Positions 21,360 to 30,957 of a DNA stretch of 64,000 nucleotides are shown here, piece by piece. The notes under the pieces were generated by a model. It was given only the letters and a program-made list of their open reading frames with translations, did not search any database and was not told the DNA's origin. Source of the stretch: a virus (lineage: Duplodnaviria > Caudoviricetes); IMG/VR virus record IMGVR_UViG_2890910346_000001. The stretch is one strand, 5' to 3'. Every line of letters begins with the position of its first letter. The first letter of the stretch is position 1. The translations under genes and the position numbers were made by a program.

Positions 21360-21688
21360 CTCTCCACCCGTTGACAATGCAGTTTGATGGCTTTTTTCTT
21401 GTGATTCATGTGGTCTACCCCTTTAATGTTATAAAGATGATGATCAAAAACAACTCGGAAATGGGTACTGTCTAACTGTGCCACTTCAGAGGCATACCGA
21501 ATCGTAAAATCAAGTTTAGTATGATCCCATACAGCACCTGTTGCCGTTTGTTCCAGTGGACTTTCACTACTGACGGTCGCATAACACGAATACAGCTCTT
21601 TCCATACCTCTGTTTGATTGCCAATATCATCTGTTTCAATAGTTGTTACTTGTATGGTGATTCTAGTATTCAATAAACTCACCTTCAT
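21356..21688 (-). CDS. Head-tail adaptor / head closure protein
   Basis: LNTRITIQ, FTIRY and YNIKGVD motifs; synteny. Confidence 0.85.
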   Translation of the reverse strand: MKVSLLNTRITIQVTTIETDDIGNQTEVWKELYSCYATVSSESPLEQTATGAVWDHTKLDFTIRYASEVAQLDSTHFRVVFDHHLYNIKGVDHMNHKKKAIKLHCQRVER

Positions 21689-21966
21689 TAAAAGTCCACC
21701 TTTCTAAGCCCAAACAATAAACTTCTTAATGTCAAGGTTAAGTCCTTATGGTTGGCTTCTTCTCGGTGTTCATATAAATAGGCAATGGCATAAAGCATGG
21801 CTGTATGAACTTCTTCTGACAATAAAAGAGTAGACGACAAATCATCCACTCTCAAAATGTGCATACATAAATGTTTAGCAGTTGCCATCAAAGATTCAAG
21901 CAGTGAGTCATCATCGCTCGAATCAATTCTTAAGTACTGTTTGACGTCATCTAATGTTAAACCCAC
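21688..21966 (-). CDS. Head-tail connector (gp6-like)
   Basis: TLDDVKQYLRID and LYEHRE motifs. Confidence 0.88.
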   Translation of the reverse strand: MGLTLDDVKQYLRIDSSDDDSLLESLMATAKHLCMHILRVDDLSSTLLLSEEVHTAMLYAIAYLYEHREEANHKDLTLTLRSLLFGLRKVDF

Positions 21967-21981
21967 TGCTTAAACCTCCTG

Positions 21982-23148
21982 TTACCCTTGTGTACTTAAA
22001 ATCTGAACAGCTTCTTTGACAATCAACTTACCATCTACACGTTCTTTTGCCACATAACCAATCATCCCATTCCCTGCGAATAACTCCGTTAAGGCTTTAA
22101 AGGAACGAGCACCACGATCTCCAATGTTGTAATAACTAAAGTCCCCAAAGGCGATTGCATTTTCTGGTGCAAAAGCAGAGGTGTAAATCGGATACCCTAA
22201 CAATCTGTCCGGTTCCCCTTGTTGATAGCTTGGTTGCCAAATGTAGGCGCCGTTACTATCCTTGAACTTACGAATTTGAGCGATGGTCTTATCGTTTGTG
22301 ATGAACACCGCATTTTTACGATATGGACGTTTCAAGGCATGAATCAAATTAATCACATCATCGGCTTTAATTGCTGTCACTTTATCTAGGAACGTACCAC
22401 CATTGCTTTCATGGAAAATACCTGTTGGCTTGTTGTTCCCATCACCATTTAAAAAGGCATCTTCTTCTGCATTAGCCAGTGCTTTACCAAATTGTTCAGT
22501 GATATAACTTTCCAAGTTAAAGGCGCTATCATACAGTAATTCTTCTGTCACTTTAATGGCCACATGCAGTTTGTGGGCATCTAATAACATCTGACTAAAC
22601 GTCGCCTCTCCAAAGGATAATGCTGCTCCTTCGTCAATCCAAGCCGCTGCTGGACTTGAACCGGCGATGTTTATTTTATGATTGCCTGCTGTTGTAATGA
22701 CTGTGGCTAAAGAACGAACAATATTTTCATCCTCTAACACTTGAATTAAGCGACTATCATACTCTTCTGGTACTAAATACCCACCATCGGCATCCACACC
22801 TTCTTGTAGGACATTCGATACTTGTTTAAAGTTGGAACGTAAGGCTTGAAGCATACTCGTTTTGTATTCTTGACTAGCACGTCCTGTTTTTTCTTCGATA
22901 GCTTCTTGTCTTGGTTTTTCTTTAATCGGTGTATTGATGGGTTTTTCCATCAATTTATCCAATTGTTCTTCACGTTGCAGACGGTCAATTTCTTTACTGA
23001 AGTTCATTACTCTTTGTTCCATTTCTTGGTACTGTTTGGTCTGTTCTTCGGTAAGTAACCCGTCTTTATCTTTGTTTGCTTCCACAAAGGCTTTCGCACC
23101 TTCCCATGCAATATTTCTTTTTTCAATCATGTCTAATAACTTGCTCAT
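21982..23148 (-). CDS. HK97-fold major capsid protein
   Basis: DGGYLVPEEY, ELLYDSAFNLES and FGDFSYY motifs; N-terminal coiled-coil delta domain. Confidence 0.95.
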   Translation of the reverse strand: MSKLLDMIEKRNIAWEGAKAFVEANKDKDGLLTEEQTKQYQEMEQRVMNFSKEIDRLQREEQLDKLMEKPINTPIKEKPRQEAIEEKTGRASQEYKTSMLQALRSNFKQVSNVLQEGVDADGGYLVPEEYDSRLIQVLEDENIVRSLATVITTAGNHKINIAGSSPAAAWIDEGAALSFGEATFSQMLLDAHKLHVAIKVTEELLYDSAFNLESYITEQFGKALANAEEDAFLNGDGNNKPTGIFHESNGGTFLDKVTAIKADDVINLIHALKRPYRKNAVFITNDKTIAQIRKFKDSNGAYIWQPSYQQGEPDRLLGYPIYTSAFAPENAIAFGDFSYYNIGDRGARSFKALTELFAGNGMIGYVAKERVDGKLIVKEAVQILSTQG

Positions 23149-23153
23149 ATGTA

Positions 23154-23870
23154 TTACCTCCAATTTTTGATTAAGTTAAGTCTGTCTAGTAAATCTTGCG
23201 ACTGTGCTGTGTTGATTTTTGGCTGAATGTGACATTTTTCAACCAATTTTTCTTTGAGTGAATTTTCAACCACCATTTTTGAATATGCGTTTGATACGAC
23301 AACTACCTCAATTGTTTCATTGCCCTCTCGCTCGAGTAACCCATCACAAAATCCCAATTCAATGGCTTTATGAACATTCATCCACGTTTCACCATCCATC
23401 ATATTGGATAGTTTTTGACGATTTAAACCTGTTTTGATTTCATAGGCATTCATAATGGATTCTTTTACCTCATCCAACATAGAAATGGCTTGTTTCATAT
23501 GCTCTTTGTCTCCAAAAGCAATCGTCATAGGATTATGAATCATCATCATGGAAACGGGGCTCATCAACACCTTTGTCCCTGCCATGGCAATCACCGATGC
23601 GGCACTTGCGGCAATCCCATCAATTTTGATGACTACTTCTCCTTTATGGTTCATTAACATGTTGTAAATTTGAGCAGCCGCGATACAATCCCCACCTGGC
23701 GAATTAATCCACACGGTAATATCTCCCTGATGCTTGTCTAATTCCGATTTAAAAAGTCTTGGCGTGACGTCATCATCAAACCAAGACTCCTCTGCAATCG
23801 TGCCATTTAAAAACAATAGATGTTCATCCTTATTGTTTGTTTTCCAATTCCAAAACTTCCTCACTGGCAT
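23154..23870 (-). CDS. ClpP-like head maturation protease
   Basis: WINSPGGD, IDGIAASAAS and MIHNP motifs. Confidence 0.93.
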   Translation of the reverse strand: MPVRKFWNWKTNNKDEHLLFLNGTIAEESWFDDDVTPRLFKSELDKHQGDITVWINSPGGDCIAAAQIYNMLMNHKGEVVIKIDGIAASAASVIAMAGTKVLMSPVSMMMIHNPMTIAFGDKEHMKQAISMLDEVKESIMNAYEIKTGLNRQKLSNMMDGETWMNVHKAIELGFCDGLLEREGNETIEVVVVSNAYSKMVVENSLKEKLVEKCHIQPKINTAQSQDLLDRLNLIKNWR

Positions 23871-25086
23871 TTTCCTCCTTATTCAAATTTGCGAATGCTC
23901 CTGCGTGTTTTAGTGGTAACATATTCCCATTCACTAAATATAAGTCACCACCTTCTTCAGTAGGTATTCTATCTAGGTTTTCTAGTAGACGAATATCATT
24001 CGCACTCATCCACCCATTTTGACGACCTACCGCATAGCCATTCATACGTGACTGATAATCGCCACGAAGCAGACCATCCACATTAAACTTCACATAAAAC
24101 TGTGCTTTTTCTTTATCTTTTAGTAATCTGCGATTAAAGGCTTGTTCAAACCGAATCACCCATGGATCTAAGGTGTATTTCACAAATTCAAGTGACTGTT
24201 GTTCGATATTAGAAAAGCTCGACTTTTCAAGATCTCCTACCATATGGGGTGGAATCCTAAAAATGCGAGCGATCTCGTTTAGTTGAAATTTACGTGTTTC
24301 TAAAAACTGTGCTTCATTAGGCGATATAGAAATGGGCGTGTACTTCATGCCTTCTTCTAAAATCGCCACCTTATGCGAGTTATTCCCTGAAAAGCCCCTT
24401 GTCCAACTTTCCCTTAGACTTTCTGCATTTTTAACCGTCCCTGGATGTTCTAAAATACCCGATGGTGTTGCCCCATTAGAAAAGAACTTTGCCCCATATT
24501 CTTCTGCGGCAATCGACATGCCAATCGCATTTTTTGCCATCGCAATCGGTGAGTAACCAACCAAACCATCAAAACCTAAACCTGGTATGTGTAGCACATC
24601 TTGATAGGATAATCTCACTCGTTCCCCATTAGTACTTAGATATTCATAATAAATCGTATGGTTGTCATCTCTATCCACCGTCATTTTATCTGGCATAAGT
24701 GGGTATAACCCCACCACATCCCCTTTGCCATTACGGATGATTTGTGCATAAGCATTCCCCCACAAGAGTAAGTGTGTCATCAAGGTTTCTCGAAAGATAA
24801 AACTCGTCATTTCACTATTTGGTTCATTGTGCAGGAGGTTATATAAACTATGATTCGTTGCTTTTTGACTCCCCACATCTGTTATCTCATACACATGAAG
24901 GGGTAAACTTGCCAATGTCTCCGATAAAATACGGACACACGAATACACCGCACTCATGGTCATCGCCGTTCGTTCATTGACTCGTTTCCCACTAGATGAT
25001 TGCCCAATGAAAAAGGAATAACTATTATTGCTGAGTTTGTTTTCTGGTTTATCTCTTGAACGAAATAGCCCACTAAATAATTTCAT
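23830..25086 (-). CDS. HK97-type portal protein
   Basis: LLLWGNAY, DVLHIPG, GYSPI and IARIFRIPP motifs. Confidence 0.95.
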   Translation of the reverse strand: MKLFSGLFRSRDKPENKLSNNSYSFFIGQSSSGKRVNERTAMTMSAVYSCVRILSETLASLPLHVYEITDVGSQKATNHSLYNLLHNEPNSEMTSFIFRETLMTHLLLWGNAYAQIIRNGKGDVVGLYPLMPDKMTVDRDDNHTIYYEYLSTNGERVRLSYQDVLHIPGLGFDGLVGYSPIAMAKNAIGMSIAAEEYGAKFFSNGATPSGILEHPGTVKNAESLRESWTRGFSGNNSHKVAILEEGMKYTPISISPNEAQFLETRKFQLNEIARIFRIPPHMVGDLEKSSFSNIEQQSLEFVKYTLDPWVIRFEQAFNRRLLKDKEKAQFYVKFNVDGLLRGDYQSRMNGYAVGRQNGWMSANDIRLLENLDRIPTEEGGDLYLVNGNMLPLKHAGAFANLNKEENASEEVLELENKQ

Positions 25087-25191
25087 TGTTGCCTCCCAAT
25101 TTTAAGTATAATAAAAGCACCTACTTTTCAGTAGATACTTTCCCTTAATTATGATATTCCCCTTAAAAAAAGACCATTTTAAGTTTTTGTC

Positions 25192-26025
25192 TTACATGGA
25201 CAATTCAACTAAATCATTTAAACACTTAACGATTTCATTAAATTCAATATCTTTAGCATATGGATTTTTCTTTTGATATCTTATCCATCTTTCTTTAACT
25301 AAAGAATCATTATTAATATTGTCAATAATTTGTTTCGCTTCATCTTTTGTAATTTCTGTCTTTCTATATTTAAATGTCATGAGAACGGCTATTTTAAGCT
25401 GTTCTGTATCTACCATTTCTAATTTATTATTCAAAATAGCATAAATATCATAGAAATCTTTACTTCTACTATTATTTTCTGCTCTTGCCAATACTGTCTG
25501 TAGTTTCTCTGATAACACAGATTCCAATGGATATATTTTTAATTCAATATTATCGCCTAAAATTGTAGTATAGTTCTCTATTTTTGGATACGGAAAGATT
25601 GGGTCACCTGTTGCAACATCAATAGAAAAAGGAATTCTAATATTTGATAAATGCCCAATTACATGAAACTTCAATCCACCATATTCATCTTCTACTCGAA
25701 TTTCTTGCACATCACTAATCAATTCAAACCATATATCCGATTGATTCGTTTTTCCTAAAATATCTTCTAAAACTTTTTTTATTTCTGTAGCATTCAATTT
25801 TATTCCTTTTACTAAAAAATCAATGTCTTGAGTAGATCTATTTTGAATGCCTAATGCATACGTTAAAAGCATTCCTCCCTTGAGCATAAAATTTTCTTTA
25901 TGATTGCTGTTTGCTAGTAATTTCAAAAATTCATCAAAGAAAAATTTACTTAATACTGTATTGTAATTTAATTCTAGTTCTTTAGCCTTGTTTCTTAATT
26001 TTTGCGTAATACTATCTTTATTCAT
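25192..26025 (-). CDS. AbiEii-family nucleotidyltransferase toxin
   Basis: LKGG, RSTQDIDF, SEKLQT and RSKDFYDI motifs. Confidence 0.9.
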   Translation of the reverse strand: MNKDSITQKLRNKAKELELNYNTVLSKFFFDEFLKLLANSNHKENFMLKGGMLLTYALGIQNRSTQDIDFLVKGIKLNATEIKKVLEDILGKTNQSDIWFELISDVQEIRVEDEYGGLKFHVIGHLSNIRIPFSIDVATGDPIFPYPKIENYTTILGDNIELKIYPLESVLSEKLQTVLARAENNSRSKDFYDIYAILNNKLEMVDTEQLKIAVLMTFKYRKTEITKDEAKQIIDNINNDSLVKERWIRYQKKNPYAKDIEFNEIVKCLNDLVELSM

Positions 26026-26617
26026 GAACAATTACCTCCAGTATTTCCTCTATCTGCTGTGATATATTAAATGCCTTAGCATACTCTCTAAGTTTCCATA
26101 TGTCTCTGGAACCTTTCTTTAGATAAAAATTCCAAGCTTTTGAAAATATTTCTACATCTTGGTTTTTTCTATCTCTTACCAAATCACAAAGAGTTCTTTC
26201 CATATCATAAGCATATACAAGATTTCCCATCTCTGTCATAACTTTAGTCAATCCTATCTCATACCATTCTTTTTTTATTTGATGAACAAAGACTGTTTCT
26301 TTGATACGCCATGCATTATATCCTTGTTTCACAGTGACTTCATTAATAAAGGGGATTCTATCGGTCAAACCATAAAGATATAGTGCCGTTTGGTAGGAAT
26401 AAATGCATGCTTTGTTTTTAAGTTGAAAAATATAAAGTTCATCGTAATTATCATAATTAGAATCAAAATAAATACCTCTTGCAACTCTTTCGAGCTTTCC
26501 TTTTTTTACCATATTCGTAAGGTACCATGATTCTACTTCACTCTCTGATACTTCTTTAGCTGTTATGATACCATTATTTTTTTCTATCATTTTTCTTATC
26601 TTATCTTCATTCATCAT
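26018..26617 (-). CDS. AbiEi-family antitoxin (type IV TA)
   Basis: GIITAKE, LERVARGIY, SYQTALY and YDMERTLCD motifs; overlaps the toxin start. Confidence 0.9.
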   Translation of the reverse strand: MMNEDKIRKMIEKNNGIITAKEVSESEVESWYLTNMVKKGKLERVARGIYFDSNYDNYDELYIFQLKNKACIYSYQTALYLYGLTDRIPFINEVTVKQGYNAWRIKETVFVHQIKKEWYEIGLTKVMTEMGNLVYAYDMERTLCDLVRDRKNQDVEIFSKAWNFYLKKGSRDIWKLREYAKAFNISQQIEEILEVIVHE

Positions 26618-26628
26618 TTCGCACTTCC

Positions 26629-26669
26629 TTTTGTGCTTTATTATAAAATAAATAACGCACAAATGCAAG
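26629..26669 (-). promoter_or_regulatory. abiE promoter with inverted-repeat operator
   Basis: TTGCAT-N17-TATAAT on the minus strand; tttgtgc(t)tta...taa(c)gcacaaa inverted repeat overlaps it. Confidence 0.7.
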
Positions 26670-26676
26670 CTTAAGG

Positions 26677-28266
26677 TTACATAAACAAAATTCCGCGCCC
26701 ATCATACACACTTTCCGTATTGACATTCCCACAACGAATAGCTCTATCTAATGCCATAATAGTCGCAATGGCACCGTCAATCTTTTCTGTTGATTTTTCT
26801 TTATCTGCTTTGATATTTCCTGCTGGGTCTGTTCGAATAAAAATGTTATCCATATTCCATCTTAAAACAGGATGCCCCCCATGTGCGATTTTCTTCTCTA
26901 GGGTTAATTTCATAAGTTCCTTAGTTGGTGGGCTCATATCTTTAAATCCTTGACCAAATGGCACCACTGTAAAGCCCATGCCTTCTAAATTTTGAACCAT
27001 TTGAACGGCTCCCCAACGGTCAAAGGCAATTTCTTTAATGTTAAATATTTGACCTAATCGTTCAATAAATTTTTCAATATGACCGTAATGCACAACATTT
27101 CCTTCTGTCGTTTCAACATGCCCTTGCTTCTCCCATAAATCATACGGCACATGGTCACGTCTAACTCTTAATGGAATGGTATCTTCTGGCAACCAAAAGT
27201 ATGGTAGTATCACATATTTATCGTCTTCATCTTCTGGTGGAAAGACTAATACAAACGCAGTCAAGTCAGTTGTAGAAGATAAGTCTAAGCCTCCATAACA
27301 CACACGACCTTCTAGGTCTTCTTCATTCACACTAAACGCACACGCATCCCATTTCTCCATTGGCATCCAACGAATGGCTTGTTTAACCCATTGATTGAGT
27401 CGCAGTTGCCTAAAGGCATTTTCTTCTCCTGGATTTTGTTTAGCCGATTCACATGCCATTTCCACCTTTTCAATCGGTACGGTCACACCAAGTGACGGAT
27501 TGGCTTTATGCCACACCTTTGGATCGGTCCAATCATCATTTTCATCCGCACCGTATATGACGGGATAAAAAGTAGGGTCGACTTTCCGTCCGTCTAAGAT
27601 GTCCTTTGCTTTTTGGTGCGTTTCAAAACAAATCGAATGGGTATCTGTACCAGCCGTTGTGATTAAAAAATAAAGGGGCTGTGTGCGTGCATCTCCACTC
27701 CCTTTGGTCATAACGTCAAAGAGCTTTCTGTTGGGCTGTGTATGCAATTCATCAAACACCACACCGTGAATATTAAAACCATGCTTGGAGTAAGCCTCAG
27801 CTGATAAGACTTGATAAAAACTGTTGGTTGGTAAATACACAAGCCGTTTTTGAGAAGCTAGAATCTTAACTCGCTTATTTAATGCAGGACACATTCTTAC
27901 CATATCTGCTGCTACTTCAAAGACAATACTCGCTTGTTGTCGGTCTGCTGCACAACCATAGACTTCAGCACGTTCTTCAAAATCTCCGCAACAAAGCAAT
28001 AATGCAACAGCAGCCGCTAACTCACTCTTACCCATCTTTTTAGGGATTTCAATGTATGCCGTATTAAACTGTCGATACCCATCTGGCTTGACTATCCCAA
28101 ATAAATCTCTGATGATTTGTTCTTGCCATTGAAGAAGTTTGAATGGCTTCCCTGCCCATGTGCCTTTAGTATGCGATAGGCATTCAATAAAATTGACGGC
28201 ATAGTCAGCGAACTCTTTATTATAGGTTGATGTCTTTAATTTAAACGGACTTGGTTTATAGGTCAT
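26677..28266 (-). CDS. Terminase large subunit
   Basis: EIPKKMGKS Walker A, FDELH Walker B, GGLDLSSTTD nuclease motif, KIDGAIA. Confidence 0.95.
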   Translation of the reverse strand: MTYKPSPFKLKTSTYNKEFADYAVNFIECLSHTKGTWAGKPFKLLQWQEQIIRDLFGIVKPDGYRQFNTAYIEIPKKMGKSELAAAVALLLCCGDFEERAEVYGCAADRQQASIVFEVAADMVRMCPALNKRVKILASQKRLVYLPTNSFYQVLSAEAYSKHGFNIHGVVFDELHTQPNRKLFDVMTKGSGDARTQPLYFLITTAGTDTHSICFETHQKAKDILDGRKVDPTFYPVIYGADENDDWTDPKVWHKANPSLGVTVPIEKVEMACESAKQNPGEENAFRQLRLNQWVKQAIRWMPMEKWDACAFSVNEEDLEGRVCYGGLDLSSTTDLTAFVLVFPPEDEDDKYVILPYFWLPEDTIPLRVRRDHVPYDLWEKQGHVETTEGNVVHYGHIEKFIERLGQIFNIKEIAFDRWGAVQMVQNLEGMGFTVVPFGQGFKDMSPPTKELMKLTLEKKIAHGGHPVLRWNMDNIFIRTDPAGNIKADKEKSTEKIDGAIATIMALDRAIRCGNVNTESVYDGRGILFM

Positions 28267-28282
28267 GTTCTGTCCTCCCAAC

Positions 28283-28304
28283 AAAAAAAGGAGCCAATGC
28301 TCCT
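28283..28304 (-). terminator. Terminator immediately upstream of terL
   Basis: aggagc-attg-gctcct hairpin followed by a T-run on the minus strand. Confidence 0.75.
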
Positions 28305-28509
28305 AAATCAATGCATCTAAAAATTGATATTCTTTTTCTAGCTGTTCTAATTCTTGTGTGATACATTGCCATCTAAATCCATTTTTACAACAGTCTCGTT
28401 TGTTTTTTAAACGATTCAGTTCCTGTTGTCTTTCTTCTAAAATCTCTCTTGCTGAAAATGGATCAACTTGTATCATGTTAAAATGTTTTTCAAATCTTGT
28501 CATGTTCAT
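28303..28509 (-). CDS. Small hypothetical protein with its own promoter
   Basis: 68 aa; preceded by the repeated promoter motif at 28535-28566. Confidence 0.65.
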   Translation of the reverse strand: MNMTRFEKHFNMIQVDPFSAREILEERQQELNRLKNKRDCCKNGFRWQCITQELEQLEKEYQFLDALI

Positions 28510-28534
28510 TGCCTCGCTTTCATGTTGTTACACG

Positions 28535-28566
28535 ATATATCACTCTAAAACGACTATTTATCAAGT
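28535..28566 (-). promoter_or_regulatory. Repeated phage promoter motif, copy 2 of 4
   Basis: acTTGATAaatagtcgttttaGAGTGATATAT. Confidence 0.75.
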
Positions 28567-28662
28567 GTTTTTTCACTATTTAGAATGATTTTACGACATT
28601 CTTTTTTATCTTCTTCAATGAACGTGACAAACTTGTATAAACCCCTATCCAATCCATTTTTC

Positions 28663-28956
28663 TTAAAATCTTGCTTGTTGAATGGCTTTATGTGCCTTGT
28701 GTATCACTTGACTTAGGGTTTCTGCTTCGCAAAAACGATCAAATGCGTCATCACTTAGTTGCCCTTTTGATAAATCCCATAAGGCTTCATGTGCTTGGTT
28801 GGCACACGTCCTTGCCGTTTGGGCAATCTCTAAAAATTGAATCGCATTGCCTACGTTTCCTTTTTGTGCTTGTTGAGTAGCTAAATCTACATATTTTTTG
28901 CAGGCTTTTATTTCTGTTTTTAATCCGTTGAGTGCTTCTTGTGTATGTCTGTACAT
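28663..28956 (-). CDS. Small helical hypothetical protein with its own promoter
   Basis: 97 aa; aaggag RBS; promoter motif at 28986-29017. Confidence 0.7.
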   Translation of the reverse strand: MYRHTQEALNGLKTEIKACKKYVDLATQQAQKGNVGNAIQFLEIAQTARTCANQAHEALWDLSKGQLSDDAFDRFCEAETLSQVIHKAHKAIQQARF

Positions 28957-28985
28957 GGTGTTTTCTCCTTTTGTTTCGTTACACT

Positions 28986-29017
28986 ATATATCACTCTAAA
29001 CACTATAAATATCAAGT
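28986..29017 (-). promoter_or_regulatory. Repeated phage promoter motif, copy 3 of 4
   Basis: acTTGATAtttatagtgtttaGAGTGATATATAGTGT. Confidence 0.75.
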
Positions 29018-29052
29018 CTTTTTTAATTATTTCTCATGATGATTCAATTTTT

Positions 29053-29292
29053 TTAATCATCAAGTTTCATACAACAATCTTCACCCAATACGACACTCAA
29101 TCGACTACCATTATCCCAAGAAACCATAATAGAGCCAATGTCATCTACTCCTAACACAGTCCCTTTTGTGCCAATAGGTGGCGCTTGTTTGTCATCCATT
29201 TTAACAAGTTTCACTCGAGTACCGTTTTGGTACTCCAATCTTAATTTCTCAATGTTATTTTTCATTTTTTCCATCTGCTTTTCCCAACTCAT
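29053..29292 (-). CDS. DUF4314-like protein
   Basis: GTRVKLVKMDD..APPIGTKGTV..VDDIGSIMVSWDNGS.L motif. Confidence 0.8.
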   Translation of the reverse strand: MSWEKQMEKMKNNIEKLRLEYQNGTRVKLVKMDDKQAPPIGTKGTVLGVDDIGSIMVSWDNGSRLSVVLGEDCCMKLDD

Positions 29293-29446
29293 AGACTTCT
29301 TTTAAAAGTTTCTCTAAACTCATCACATAAACATCCAAAAAATCATCGTTATCTCGCATTCTAGGTACTAAATCGCCTCTACCTTCTAAAGAAAAAATAT
29401 GCTTTTCTGCAACCTCGTATAATTTTTCGTTTAATGCTTGTGTCAT
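29255..29446 (-). CDS. Small DUF6900-like protein
   Basis: IA.KH..LE.R..D..DF.DV.V..L...L...YE.G pattern. Confidence 0.65.
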   Translation of the reverse strand: MTQALNEKLYEVAEKHIFSLEGRGDLVPRMRDNDDFLDVYVMSLEKLLKEVYELGKADGKNEK

Positions 29447-29477
29447 CAGAATTAACCTCCTGTATTTTCGTTACACT

Positions 29478-29509
29478 ATATATCACTCTAAACCGATTAT
29501 TTATCAAGT
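29478..29509 (-). promoter_or_regulatory. Repeated phage promoter motif, copy 4 of 4
   Basis: acTTGATAaataatcggtttaGAGTGATATATAGTGT. Confidence 0.75.
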
Positions 29510-30957
29510 CATTTGTTCGCTATTTCGAAGATTTTTTTCATCAGATAAATGACACAAGGTAGTGCGACACCGTTACCCCACATCTTATATTCTGCAGTAT
29601 CTGAATATGGATTAGATAACCACTTTACTAATTGTTTGTCAGATTTCGCTTTCTTCTGTCCGTTGATGATTCGATGCTCTTCAAAAACATTTTTCCAAAA
29701 TATCAAATCTTCCTCACTTGGTGCTAAAACCGCTAAATCCTTACACCAATCATCTGGAAAGCCTTGTAATCGACCACACTCTAATGGTGTTAATCTACGC
29801 ACCTTTAAGTTTCTTTCCATGACGGTTGGTGGATCTTTATAATCACTTGCCACAAGCGTCCCAACTTCATTCACATTAGCGATTGTATGGTGTGAGTTTT
29901 TACTGGTGGAATACACCACAGCTAATCCACCTTGATTTCTGTCTGGATTGTTTCCACCAGTATCAATCGTTCTTGAGGTATCTGTTTCGTAAACATTCGC
30001 CCTGACATTGCGTGTGTTTTCGCTTGTCAAACGAATGTCGTAAGTTTTGGCATCCACTACCAATGGTTGATTATTGCCCCCTAAACCAAGGTTTGCCCCC
30101 AATGTTGGGGATACGTCAAGCGGTCCATTAAATCGACTGTCTTGTCCGTGATTGTCAAACACATACGGGGCTCGATTCCCTTTGGCACGAAGTGTGGCTG
30201 TGAAATCTTCTGTCACGTCCATACGCTCTCCACCTTGGTCATTTAGGCATAACGTAGGGCTTGTTCTAGTATTGTTGGTAGTGTCTTGTTTCGTAGTGCT
30301 GCTCGTTTCAATATCCCTTGGCACGCTTTTTTCGTCAAATAATATTTCACTGGCACATCTGCCATTAAAATCTGCGACAAGAAAGATTCTTTTGCGTCTT
30401 TGGGGGACTCCAAAATACCGAGCGTCCAACACTCGCCATGCAAGAGAGAATGTTCCACCCACGATGTTGCCACTATTTGCCCATTTTGAAGGTCTAGGGA
30501 TAGATGTCTGTATGTCTTTGATGTGGCAGATGGCTTCAAGGACACATCTGAAATCTTCTCCTTTGTTGCTTGAGAAGGCACCTGGGACATTTTCCCAGAT
30601 GATAAATCGTGGATAGTTGCCATTTGTTGCCTCCCTCATTTCTTTAATTACTCGAATAGCTTCATAAAAAAGGTTAGACTTTTTACCGTCCAACCCTTGT
30701 CTTTTGCCTGCTATAGATAAATCTTGACAAGGACTACCAAAAGTAATGATATCTACTGGTGGTATTCTTTTGCCGTTGATATGTTGAATATTGCCTAATT
30801 GTTTGACTTCTGGGAAATTCTTCCTAGTGACAAGCACAGGAAACGGTTCGACTTCTGAATTCCAAATCGGTGTAATACCAGACAATTTTGAAGCGAGTTC
30901 AAAACCTCCTGACCCTGAAAATAAACTTCCCATTGTTAACTTACGCATTTTCATCAC
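29509..30957 (-). CDS. C5-cytosine DNA methyltransferase
   Basis: SLFSGSGG (I), GSPCQD (IV), ENVPG (VI), PQRRKRIF (VIII), RRLTPLECGRLQGF (IX), YKMWGNGV (X). Confidence 0.95.
   Translation of the reverse strand: MMKMRKLTMGSLFSGSGGFELASKLSGITPIWNSEVEPFPVLVTRKNFPEVKQLGNIQHINGKRIPPVDIITFGSPCQDLSIAGKRQGLDGKKSNLFYEAIRVIKEMREATNGNYPRFIIWENVPGAFSSNKGEDFRCVLEAICHIKDIQTSIPRPSKWANSGNIVGGTFSLAWRVLDARYFGVPQRRKRIFLVADFNGRCASEILFDEKSVPRDIETSSTTKQDTTNNTRTSPTLCLNDQGGERMDVTEDFTATLRAKGNRAPYVFDNHGQDSRFNGPLDVSPTLGANLGLGGNNQPLVVDAKTYDIRLTSENTRNVRANVYETDTSRTIDTGGNNPDRNQGGLAVVYSTSKNSHHTIANVNEVGTLVASDYKDPPTVMERNLKVRRLTPLECGRLQGFPDDWCKDLAVLAPSEEDLIFWKNVFEEHRIINGQKKAKSDKQLVKWLSNPYSDTAEYKMWGNGVALPCVIYLMKKIFEIANK
30243..30623 (-). 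CDS. Nested +1-frame ORF, putative methyltransferase beta subunit (126 aa)
   Basis: GAGGGAGG Shine-Dalgarno 6 nt before the ATG; C-terminus LSQIL..VP.KYYLT.KACQGILKRA..R.K.LP. Confidence 0.65.
   Translation of the reverse strand: MATIHDLSSGKMSQVPSQATKEKISDVSLKPSATSKTYRHLSLDLQNGQIVATSWVEHSLLHGECWTLGILESPKDAKESFLSQILMADVPVKYYLTKKACQGILKRAALRNKTLPTILEQALRYA

Noticed and set aside
30152-30616. Antisense 154-aa ORF inside the C5 methyltransferase
   Set aside because: No RBS or motif, unlike the same-strand nested ORF; triple coding is implausible.
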